From positions 51,956,001-52,020,000 of the forward strand of contig OX597832.1 in the NCBI GenBank assembly GCA_951406725.2: 64,000 nucleotides of DNA, given 5' to 3'. This document shows positions 1 to 10,871 of this stretch, piece by piece. Origin of the DNA: Octopus vulgaris. Taxonomy: Eukaryota. The notes beneath the pieces are model-generated. The model saw only the letters and a program-made list of their open reading frames with translations. It made no database searches and was not told where the DNA came from. A program made the position numbers and the translations under genes. The stretch's first letter is position 1. Every line of letters begins with the position of its first letter.

Positions 1-210
1 AAACACGCCGCCATACTGTCCATCATGATTAGACTAAGCAACCTACGTGCGCCGACCACTGTCACACATGGACCATCCTCGGGCTTATTTAACACAGTGA
101 CTACATTTTTCACAACCAGTAATAATAATAATAATAATGAAATTATTGTATACAGTGCTCAGGTGCACTACAACTTGTCAGAAAGTGCGTATAAAGTATA
201 TGCAGTATAC

Positions 211-211
211 A

Positions 212-282
<71 letters not shown>

Positions 283-293
283 TTATCTATCTA

Positions 294-390
<97 letters not shown>

Positions 391-393
391 TTA

Positions 394-480
<87 letters not shown>

Positions 481-507
481 GTCTGTCTGTCTATCTATCT
501 ATCTATC

Positions 508-561
<54 letters not shown>
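211..561. repeat. (ATCT)n/(GTCT)n compound microsatellite
   Basis: Directly visible. Confidence 0.97.
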
Positions 562-562
<1 letters not shown>

Positions 563-1047
563 AGTATAACAATCAATCCTCCCCTCTCTCTCTCTCTCTC
601 AAAGGTACTAATTAATTAGTTTGGAGTGCGTAACTTTTATTAAAAGAAACCAATTATTAAAAGTCTACTTTGTCTGGTAGAATTATTTCGAATATTTAGA
701 ACGTGTGAGAAACTGGTAACAGCTAATCAATAAATATACACAAAAAAATAATTGATTAATTGAAATATTCGTTTTAGTTGGAGAAAGAAATAAAAAAAAA
801 AAACTTAGTGGAAATAATTTCAAAGAATTTTTAAAATTAATTTCCAAAAATTAATTCCATGTTTGCCAGAAATTTTAAAGCACAGGCATAGCTGTGTGGT
901 AAGAAGTTTGCTTCCCAACCAATTGTTCTGGGTTCAGTCCCACTGAATGGCACCTTCAGTAAGTGCCCTCTGCTATAGCCTCAGGCTGACCAAAATCTCA
1001 TGAGTAGATTTGGTAGAGTGAAACTGAAAGAAGCCTGTTGTATGTGT

Positions 1048-1106
<59 letters not shown>

Positions 1107-1698
1107 CTTATATATATATATATGTATGCTTTATTTAAAAGCAGCAGAAATTTAACAAGCTGTTACTCGGAGTTACACAGACGGCTTTGTTAAAATAGAA
1201 TGAACAAATATAAAACTCCAAGTAACAGCTTTTGCTAAATTTCTGCTGCTTTTAAATAAAGCATATTACTCTACCTCTGGTATTTGAGTACTCTTTTTTC
1301 CACCTTGTTTAACATTCATGTGTTTACTCCAGTATCATCATCATCATCGTTTAACGTCCGCTTTCCGCGCTAGCACGGGTTGGACGGTTTGACCGGGTCT
1401 GGGAAGCCAGGGGCCGCTCCAGGCTCCAGTCTGAATCTGGCAGAGTTTCTACGGCTGGATGCCCTTCCTAACGCCAACCACTCCGTGAGTGGATTGGGTG
1501 CTTTTTACGTGCCACCTGCACAGGGGCCGGAGGGTCCGGCATCGTCACGATCGGATTCGAGCATTTTAACGTGTCAGCGGCACGGGGGCAACGAGGTCCG
1601 GGGTACTTTGGGGATCGGGGTATTTTGGGGATCCAGGGTACTTTGGGGATCCGGGGTACTTTGGGGATCCGGGGTACTTAGAATGGGTAGGGGGGTAC

Positions 1699-3369
1699 TT
1701 AGAATGGGTAGGGGGTACTTAGAATGGGTAGGGGGTATGTGGAATTGCTGCAGAAAGCAGCCCGGGTCTTTGTAGTCACAGCATATCTCCAGAGATCTCG
1801 GTCCTTCGCCATTGCCTCAGTGAGGCCCAATGCTCTGAGGTCATGCTTGACCACCTCATCCCATGTCTTCCTGGGTCTACCTCTCCCCCTGATACCTTCA
1901 ACTGTTTGGGAGTGGCACTTCTTCACACATCTCTCTTCATCCATCCGCAGCACATGACCATACCATCGCAAGCGTCGCTCTTGCACACCACATCTGATGC
2001 TTCTTATATCCAGCATTTCTCTCAGGATACTTACACTCTGTTTTGCGTGCACACTGACACTACACATCCAGCGGATCATGCTAGCTTCATTTCTTTCAAG
2101 TCTACGCATGTCTTCTGCAGTCACAGCCCATGTTTCATTACCGTGAAGCATGGCAGTTCGCACACATGCATCATATAATCTACCTTTTGCTCTGAGGGAG
2201 AGGCCTTTTGTTGCCAGTAGGGGTAGGAGCTTTCTGAACTTTGCCCAGGCTATTCGTATTCTAGTGGTGATACTCTCTGTGCATCCACCTCCGCTACTAA
2301 CTTGGTCTCCCAGGTAGCGGAAACTATCAACTACTTCTAGTTTCTCTCCCTGGAGTGTGATGGAATCTGTTTTCTGAGTGTCTGTTGTGTCTATTGTCCC
2401 TGTGCATCTGCCGCACATGAAAGCTATCTTATCTGTTAATTTCCCTTTAATGTTGCTGCACCTCTTATGTGTCCATAACTTACATTGGGTGCATCTTATG
2501 GAGTTTCTACCTGTACCTTTCCTACAGGTTGAGCAGGGCCACCTACCCGAGGGGATGTGTGTTGAGTACCTCTTGCTGCTTACTAATACTTTGGTCTTTG
2601 CTACATTTATTCTAAGGCCCTTTGATTCCAACCCTTGCTTCCATACCCGAAATTTCTTTTCTAGTTCCGGTAGTGATTCTGCTATGAGAGCTAGGTCATC
2701 GGCATAGAGGAGCTCCCAGGGGCATCCCGTTTTGAATTCCTCTGTTATTGCTTGAAGGACTATGATGAACAAAAGGGGACTGAGGGCTGAGCCCTGGTGC
2801 ACACCTACTTCTACTCGGAATTCTTCACTATATTCGTTGCCAATCCTAACCTTGCTAACAGCCTCTCTGTATAGAGCCTGTACAGCCCTTATTAGCCATT
2901 CTTCAATCTCCAGTTTCCGCATCGACCACCAGATAAGGGAACGGGGAACCCTGTCAAAGGCTTTCTCCAAGTCTACAAAAGCTATGTAGAGGGGTTTATC
3001 TTTAGCTAGGTACTTCTCCTGCAGTTGTCGGACCAGGAATATAGCATCAGTGGTGCTTCTACCTGGTACAAAACCGAACTGCATTTCATCTAAACAAATT
3101 CTCTCCCTAATGAGATTGGTTATGACCTTCTCTGAGACCTTCATCACCTGGTCCAACAGTTTGATACCTCTGTAGTTATTTCTATCTAGAGCATCACCCT
3201 TACCCTTGTAGCAGTTGACTATGGTACTGCTGCACCAGTCATTGGGTATGGCTCCATTGTGAACTACCTGGTTTACAATGCGGGTGACTATGGCATGGCC
3301 CACATAGCCAGCTGTTTTAAGCATCTCAGCAGTGATTCCTGATAGGCCAGGGGCTTTGCCTGGTTTCAT
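1699..3369 (-). CDS. RTE ORF, reverse transcriptase part with inserted C4HC3 PHD-like finger
   Basis: 556-aa open frame, YADD, CSTC-x10-CTQC-x4-H-x2-C-x14-CGRC. Confidence 0.92.
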   Translation of the reverse strand: MKPGKAPGLSGITAEMLKTAGYVGHAIVTRIVNQVVHNGAIPNDWCSSTIVNCYKGKGDALDRNNYRGIKLLDQVMKVSEKVITNLIRERICLDEMQFGFVPGRSTTDAIFLVRQLQEKYLAKDKPLYIAFVDLEKAFDRVPRSLIWWSMRKLEIEEWLIRAVQALYREAVSKVRIGNEYSEEFRVEVGVHQGSALSPLLFIIVLQAITEEFKTGCPWELLYADDLALIAESLPELEKKFRVWKQGLESKGLRINVAKTKVLVSSKRYSTHIPSGRWPCSTCRKGTGRNSIRCTQCKLWTHKRCSNIKGKLTDKIAFMCGRCTGTIDTTDTQKTDSITLQGEKLEVVDSFRYLGDQVSSGGGCTESITTRIRIAWAKFRKLLPLLATKGLSLRAKGRLYDACVRTAMLHGNETWAVTAEDMRRLERNEASMIRWMCSVSVHAKQSVSILREMLDIRSIRCGVQERRLRWYGHVLRMDEERCVKKCHSQTVEGIRGRGRPRKTWDEVVKHDLRALGLTEAMAKDRDLWRYAVTTKTRAAFCSNSTYPLPILSTPYPF

Positions 3370-3386
3370 ATCCTTAATTGCCTTAT

Positions 3387-4751
3387 CTACAAGGAGCTGT
3401 CTATTCGGGTAGCTGGTCCCTCTACTGGGTCAACATTTGGCAGGCTCTCCTCCTCCCATTCATTCTCCTCATTTAGCAGTCTTTCATAATGGCTTCTCCA
3501 AGCCTCTTTCTTTTCACTAGTAGTAAAAGCAAGTGCCCCATCATCCATGCGGACACATTTCTCTCCTATAACATCGCTATTTTCTCTGACACACTGTCTG
3601 GCAATCCGAAATACTTCAGCTCTTTGATCCTCGCGACGCTGGACATTGGCAAACTTCTTCTTTTCTGCTACATCTTTGGCAATGTATACCTGCCGCCCAG
3701 CCTCCCTTTTGGCTATCTGGTACAGTTCCCTGCTGCCCCCATCCTTCCAGGCTTTCCAGGCCCGTCTCTTTTCACAGATGGCTTTATCTACTGCACTATT
3801 CCACCACCACGTAATTCTAGGTCTGGAAGGGACTTTGCACCATCCACAAACTTGGTCTGTGGCACTCAACAAGCTGTCCCGTAGGAATTCCCAGCTACCT
3901 TCTATGTCTGACGTCTGAAGCTCCTCTTCCCTCTCATCAAATTTCTTGATGAGTATGTCCCTAAATTTCTGACCATGCGAAGGGTTCTTTAGCCTCCAAA
4001 TCCTTCTTTTCTGGATTGGTTTGTTTCTTGGAGTCCTTCTGGCCTCAAGCTTAAAGTCACTGATGATTAGTCTATGCTGAGGGATACATTCTTCACCCGG
4101 GAGGGTCTTTGTATTCAAGAGCAACCCTGCATCCCGTTGTCTGGTGAGGATGAAGTCTATTTGGCTAGCGGAGTCTCCTGACTGATAAGTTATAAGGTGG
4201 CAGACTGGCTTCTTGAAGTTAGTGTTGCAGATTGAAAGGTTACATGCATCACAGAATTCCAGTAGTCTAGTTCCCTCATCATTTCTGGTGCCAATACCAT
4301 ATCCACCATGTACCCCAGTGAAGATACCCGATTCCCGCCCAACATGCCCGTTAAAATCTCCACCTACAAAGATGAGGTCCTTGTTACTAGTCTTTGAAGT
4401 AGCCTGCAGAAGGGTATCATAAAAGTTGTCCTTCTGATCATTTGGTAGTCCCGCTTGTGGGGCATAGGCTGAGATAATCATAGCTGTGCCACTCTGTAGG
4501 ACCAACCTGAGCTTAAGCACTCTATCACAAACCCTGACAACCTCTATGACCTTATCCACCCATTCCTCCGCAAGGAGAATGCCTACACCCCCTACACCTT
4601 CCGCGTTACCTTGCCAGTAGAGTTTGTATCTAAGTGCCTTGCCCGTGAGGACCCTAGCCGAAGCATCTCTCCATCTTACCTCTTGTATGCAGCATACATC
4701 AACCTGTCTTCTCTCTAGCATCTCTACAATCTCACTAGACTTGCCTGTCAA
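3387..4751 (-). CDS. RTE ORF, endonuclease/linker part (frame open from 4919; broken by a 1-nt deletion near 3390)
   Basis: FRVGTINVGTLTGK APE start; ...TCC TTG TAG continues in the shifted frame as VDKAIKDMKPGKAPG. Confidence 0.88.
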   Translation of the reverse strand: MTGKSSEIVEMLERRQVDVCCIQEVRWRDASARVLTGKALRYKLYWQGNAEGVGGVGILLAEEWVDKVIEVVRVCDRVLKLRLVLQSGTAMIISAYAPQAGLPNDQKDNFYDTLLQATSKTSNKDLIFVGGDFNGHVGRESGIFTGVHGGYGIGTRNDEGTRLLEFCDACNLSICNTNFKKPVCHLITYQSGDSASQIDFILTRQRDAGLLLNTKTLPGEECIPQHRLIISDFKLEARRTPRNKPIQKRRIWRLKNPSHGQKFRDILIKKFDEREEELQTSDIEGSWEFLRDSLLSATDQVCGWCKVPSRPRITWWWNSAVDKAICEKRRAWKAWKDGGSRELYQIAKREAGRQVYIAKDVAEKKKFANVQRREDQRAEVFRIARQCVRENSDVIGEKCVRMDDGALAFTTSEKKEAWRSHYERLLNEENEWEEESLPNVDPVEGPATRIDSSL

Positions 4752-4992
4752 TGTACCAACATTGATAGTGCCAACTCTGAAAACTGGGAAGGAGATGTGG
4801 GGGGACAGGGGGGATTCGGCGCCTGAGAAGAGGATGGTTGTAGTGGTGGTGATAGTTTTCGTGGTATTTTTCTTTTGATCTCTCTTCCAACCTGACCACG
4901 CCGTGGGCAGGAGCTGGTGTTAGCAGTGGACATTTGTTATCGTCACTGAGTAACGTAATTAGGTAGAGGAAAGAAATACAGATATTCTAGAG

Positions 4993-5026
<34 letters not shown>

Positions 5027-5305
5027 CTTAGACGAGATCCAGATGTTCTCAGTATAGAATACACTCAAGAGATTTAAATTTGAGCAGATATAGAAGTGAC
5101 TGTGGGGATAAGCAATTTAAAAAAAATCAATATATGAAGTATATTAAATACATGAGATACAAAATATGTGTATAGGTATACATATAAAAAGTCTGATTTA
5201 CATAGAAAACAGCTGGTATAGAGAATTAAAGGGGATGAGGAATAGCATTGCAAATACTGTGTGTGTGTGTGTCTGTGTGTATATATACATATATATATAT
5301 ATATA

Positions 5306-6150
5306 TCATCATCATCATTTAGCGTCCGTTTTCCATGCTAGCATGGGTTGGACGGTTTAACTGGGGTCTGTGAAGCCGGAAGGCTTCATCAGGCCCAGTC
5401 AGATTTGGCAGTGTTTCTACGGCTGGATGCCCTTCCTAACGCCAACCACTCCGCGAGTGTAGTGGGTGTTTTTTACGTGCCACCTGCACAGGTGCCAGAC
5501 AGAGCTGGCCCAACGGCCACGAACGGATGGTGCTTTTACGTGTCACCGGCACCGGGCCAGCCGAGGCTGGCAACGAACACGAGCAGATGGTGCTTTTACG
5601 TGCCACCGACACGGGGCCAGACAGAGCTGGCAAACGGCCACGAATGGACGGTGCTTTTACGTGTCACCGGCACGGGGGCCAGCCGAGGCTGGCAATGAAC
5701 ATGAGCGGATGGTGCTTTTACGTGTCACCGGCACGGGGCCAGACAGAGCTGGCAAACGGCCACGATCGGACGGTGCTTTTATGTGTCACGGGCACGGGGG
5801 CCAGCCGATGCTGGCAATGAACACGAGCGAATGGTGCTTTTACGTGTCACCGGCACGGGGCCAGACAGAGCTGGCAAACGGCCACGAACGGACAGTGCTT
5901 TTACATATCATCGACACGGGTGCCAGACGAGGCTGGCAGCGGACACGGATATATGATTTGATTTTGATTGTTCTCACTGGTCTTGCCGGGTCTTCTCACG
6001 CACAGCATACTTCCACTGGTCTCGGTCTCTGGTCATTTCCTTGGTGAGACCTAGAGTTCGAAGGTCGTGCTTCACCACCTCGACCCAGGTTTTCCTGGGT
6101 CTACCTCTTCCACAGGTCCCCTCAACTGCCAGGGTGTGGCACTTTTTCAC
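5306..6150 (-). mobile_element. 5'-truncated RTE (related subfamily): ORF C-terminus plus 3' UTR with an alternating A/B minisatellite
   Basis: VKKCHTLAVEGTCGRGRPRKTWVEVVKHDL...; tandem units at 5465-5945; (atc)n tail. Confidence 0.88.
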
Positions 6151-8077
6151 ACACACATATATATATATATGTATAAATATACATATACACACACCCACTT
6201 ATATATTACAAATACTCTTTTACTCTTTACTCTTTTGCTTGTTTCAGTCATTTGACTGTGGCCATGCTGGAGCACCACCTTTAGTTGAGCAAATCAACCC
6301 TGGGACTTATTCTTTGTAAGCCTAGTACTTATTCTATTGGTCTCTTTTGCCAAACTGCTAAGTTACGGGGACGTAAACACACCAGCATTGGTTGTCAAGC
6401 AATGTTGGGTGGGGTGGGGGACAAACACAGACACACAAACACACACACACACACATACATACATATATACGACAGGCTTCTTTCAGTTTCCGTCTACTAA
6501 ATTCACTCACAAGGCTTTGATTGGGCCGAGGCTATAGTAGAAGACACCTGCCCAAGGTATATATATTTATATATATACCAATTGTGACTGACAGTGCAGG
6601 ATAACGCCCACATTGCTAGAAATAAGAGGTAAAAACCCCTCTTAACTGCAAAGAAGCACATGTCAATGTCCTGACAAGAGAGCTAACTGCCCCACAGCAG
6701 GTGAGATCAGTTCATAGACATGTGCTTCTTTGCAGCTAAGAGGATTTTTACCTCTTATTTCTAGCAATATGAATGATACCCTGCACCATCAATCAGAATT
6801 GGTGACTATTGAATTCTACTTTTTTTGTTTTATATTGCTTTTAGCTGCCTTCGTTATTATATATATGTATGTGTGTGTGTGTGTGTGTCTGTCTGTCTGT
6901 CCCCCACCACTGCCTGACAACTGGTGTTGGTGTGTTTACATCCCTGTAACTTAGTGGTTCAGCAAAAGAGACCGAGAGAAGCTGTGGTCACTCAACATGC
7001 TAGAAATAACAGTTACATCTCAGAAAAATATATTTTGATATTTCAATTTCTTAAAATCCTTCCTTCTCCAGTGATCAGAAGAACCATATCTACTTGGCAA
7101 AAATAAGGAATGCGTTAGTGTACTTGTTCCTGCTCTCTCCTAACCAAGCCTCCACAAGGTAAATAATTTCTTCATTCATGAGAAAGTGAAATAGAATTTT
7201 CATTCACATAATTCTGCTTTCTTCACAATGGTGTTGGACAAGTTTTAAGTTACTGTCAGGAAGGTCATAGTCCCGGGTTTAACAAAATTAGTACACCCTT
7301 AATTAGTATGCCCTTAAAACTGCTGTCAATTGTTCAGCAATCATTGATGTGTTCAACTCAGTTTTCCTGTTAGCAATACATTTTATCTTTTTGTATGTTC
7401 TCATCTAACAAATCAATTTTCTTTCTTTCTTTCCTTCCTTCCTTCCAGGTCACTGCCTGGAATTGAACTTGGAATCTTGGGGTTAGTAGCTCGCACTCTT
7501 AACCACTACGCCATATGCCCATGACTTAGTGGTTAAGAGCATGGGCTACTAACCCCCAAGATTCCGAGTTCGATTCCAGACAGTGACCTGAATAATAGTA
7601 ATAATAATAATAATGATAACAATAATAATAATAATAATAATAGCAACATCGAAAAATACCTTAGGAATGAGAACCCAGGTTCGAAATTTCCCCCAAGACA
7701 CCTGATGAAGGTTGGAGGGTATATCAGATGAAATGAGTTTACAAAAAACAAGATGAGGACAGATATCTGTCAATTGTAAATAATGTAAATAATGTACATA
7801 ATTCCTCATCTCTTAAATATAGAACTGCAAAACATTGATGATTCAAATTCATCTGATAAGACCACTAGCAGTAAACTATTTTCATTCAACAACAAGGCAG
7901 CATTTTGGGTAGCATACTTTTTGTTATACTCGTGACTCTGACCTTCCTCACAGTCACAAGTATCTTTCTGCTAGTTTTTGGAATACCAATAAAAAAACAA
8001 GCAATAATATATCTCTGAACGAGGTATAAACAGTAACTGCACAACAATGTGAGGTATACTTGCCATCTCAATATGGC

Positions 8078-8309
8078 TAACCACTAAGGGTGGGTGTTAC
8101 TCTAGCTTGTAGCCCCAGGAGAACATCGTCTCCAGCTGGCTTTAGGTACACTTTCTGTGCCCTTATGGTATTTGCAAAGGTAGGGAGGGAAGGGAGGGAT
8201 GATCTCCCTTTGCAAATACCATAAGGGTACAGAAAGTGTGCCTGAAGCCAGCTGGAGACGATGTTCTCCTGGGGCTACAAGCTACAGTATATCCCACCTT
8301 TAGTGGTTA
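8078..8309. repeat. About 103-bp inverted repeat with 26-nt spacer
   Basis: 8078-8180 is the near-perfect reverse complement of 8207-8309. Confidence 0.9.
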
Positions 8310-8756
8310 ATAAAAAAACAAAAAAACAAAAAAGACCCCCTTCAGTCATAAATGGATCATGGGATTGCACCGAGAAAATTCCCCTCCAAGGCACAAGTCC
8401 AGGCAAGGTTGTTTTTGGAATACCAGCAATCGCCCATGCATGCCAGCATCTATGTCAGTGATGTTATCCAAGGTAAAGGGCAAAGGGGCCGAAACAACCT
8501 GACACCAGTGATGTTGCAACTCCTTTCTGTAACTGAGTGAACTGGAATAATGGGAAATAAAGTGTCTTACTCGAGAACACAACACACAACCCAGTCTAGG
8601 AATTGAACTCACTACCTCATGATTGTGAGCCCAACGCTCTAACCACTCTAACCACATGATAAAAATAAGGAATGCATCAGCACACTTGCTTTCATTTCCC
8701 TTCGAACCATCATCAAAAAATTTGTTAAATTTTTTAACTCTTCTTTTTAATAATCC

Positions 8757-9382
8757 TTTCTACTATAGGCGCAAGGCCTGAAATTTGGGGGAGAGGGCTA
8801 GTCAATTACATCGACCCCAGTGATCGACTGATTCTTAATTTATCGACCCTGAAAGGATGGAAAGCAAAGTCGACCTTGGCAGCATTTGAACTCAGAACGT
8901 AGCGGCAAACGAAATACCTATTGATTTACTACCCACAAGGGGCTAAACACAGAAGGGACAAACAAGGACAGACAAACGGATTAAGTCGATTAAGTGTTCA
9001 ACTGGTACTTATTTAATAAGGTGGTGAGCTGGCAGAAATGTTAGCATGCCAGGTGAAGTGCGTAGCTGTATTTCGTCTGCCGTTATGTTCTGAGTTCAAA
9101 TTCTGCCGAGGTCGACTTTGCCTTTTATCCTTTCGGGGTCGATAAATTAAGTACCAGTTGAACACTGGGGTCGATATAATCGACTTAATCCGTTTGTCTG
9201 TCCTTGTTTGTCCTCTCTGTGTTTAGCCCCTTGTGGGTAGTAAAGAAATAGGTACTTATTTAATCGACCCTGAAAGGATGAAAGGCAAAGTCGACCTTGG
9301 CGGAATTTGAACTCAGAACGTAACGGCAGACGAAATACTGCTAAGCATTTCACCCGGCATGCTAACGTTTCTGCCAGCTCAC
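8757..9382. mobile_element. Cluster of Meta-domain-like tRNA SINE units (family B) in alternating orientation; also 16903-17572, 25877-26295, 52483-52722, 53850-54045
   Basis: GAGTTCAAATTCC B-box followed by GTCGACTTTGCCTTTCATCCTTTCGGGGTCGATAAATTAAGTACCAG, resembling the MetaSINE core. Confidence 0.75.
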
Positions 9383-10871
9383 CAAAAGATAAAATAGAAT
9401 TTGTATCCAAAGTATTTTGCTTTCTTTGCCAAGTTGTTAGACAAATTTTAACGTTTCAGTCGATTTTTTTCCATTTTCTCATGTTTCCTAAGGAGTGGCT
9501 GTTCTTATAAGAAACACAGCAACAGTGCTTTTTAAACTGTAGTGTCTACACACATCTGAAAAAAGCTCCTCCCGCTCCTTTCTTTCTCTTTATTCTCATC
9601 TCATTTTTCCTTCCTTTCCACCTACCGTCACATATACCAACCAAAACCCCGAAATGGACGACTGCTATGTGAATGCTGATATACAGCTCATTGGATGGAA
9701 AAAAAAAAAAAAAGGATTACAAAGGGACATAACTCTGACAGGCTCAAAAACAAGCTTTTGTTAGTTTTACCAGCTGCAATGCTATTGCCTACCTTTGTTG
9801 AGGGGTCTTGTTTTGTGAGTTACTTGGTGATCTCACTGGTGCCATTGTCACATAAAAACACCCAGTATACTCTGCTAACTAATTGGTATTAGGAAGGGCA
9901 TTCAGCCATAGAAATCATGCCAAGTAGACATTCCCCGTTACTTAGCGGTTCGGCAAAAGAGACCGATAGAATAAGTACTGGGCTTACAAAAGAATAATTC
10001 CCGGGGTCGAGTTGCTCAATTAAAGGCGGTGCTCCAGCATGGCCGCAGTCAAATGACTGAAACTAGTAAAAGAGTATTCAGCATAGTTCAGTTCTCTGGT
10101 TCACCAGCTCTTTGTCTATCTGTCTAGCCCAGTGAAGGGCAACCTGTGGCTCGTGAGGCCCACATGTGGGAAGCTCGTGAGACTTTCTGAATGGCATGCC
10201 ACTGAATTCTATTTTTAAGTCAATTAATTTAACTCTTTTATTGCAAAATTAAATTTCATGGTTATTTCAATAGAATTTATAATGGGCCTCGAAGGTTCAT
10301 GATACCTGCGGAGTATCACCTTCTCCCATTACAATTATTTTCTGTAGTCTTAGGATCTGGAACTCGAAAGAATGAAGCTTAAAGGTGGCAAGCTGGCAGA
10401 AACGTTAGCATGCTGGGCGAAATAGAAGTGACTTTTTTGTGAATTTTCTATCTAAAACCCAATCAAAATGCTCAAAACTTGATTCGCCAATTGAATGCCA
10501 GCTAGCTGTATGTGATTGGTCAGAGATTTGGACAGTACTCGCATGTATGTGTGCATGCACGCAGCTGTATATGCATGCACTAGCACTATGACCCGGCGTT
10601 GCTGGGCCATAGTGCTAGTGTTCATTAAAACAGTGATTTTTTTTTCTCATCCTCATGGGTGTAATTCAGATAATTAACATATTTTGACTTGTAGCATCAG
10701 GTACATTAGCACTCACTTTATTATCAATATTCTTACAACAAGCATTTCTAGATATTTTCTTCAGTTATGCTTTTTGTTTATAGTGCCACTCACTGTTCAT
10801 TCACAAAATTCCTGTGCTATCACTTGTCATTCTAAGATCAGGGAATATGGTTAGACTATGTTTATATAATG

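Larger units (their letters stand above)
1334..4940 (-). mobile_element. Near full-length RTE-clade non-LTR retrotransposon (APE endonuclease + RT, (TGA)n tail); 5' end uncertain
   Basis: APE motifs (CCIQEVRW, GGDFNGH, SQIDFIL), RT motifs (FVDLEKAFD, HQGSALSPLLF, LLYADDL), RTE C-terminus (RLRWYGHVLR...GRGRPRKTW); (atc)n tail at 1334-1348 on +. Confidence 0.93.

Noticed and set aside
25-619. 196-aa and 160-aa ORFs (SIYL repeats)
   Set aside because: Translation of an (ATCT)n microsatellite and a LINE tail; no coding signal.
3489-3918. Plus-strand ORFs overlapping the LINE
   Set aside because: Antisense shadows of the RTE coding sequence with no recognisable motifs.
5465-5945. CRISPR-like repeat-spacer array
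   Set aside because: Eukaryotic context, no cas genes, spacers alternate between two related types, and it lies inside a LINE 3' UTR.
7527-7590. Functional tRNA gene
   Set aside because: No complete acceptor stem, and it is part of an inverted repeat element; the same applies to the SINE heads at 19010-19078, 29650-29719 and 35753-35825.
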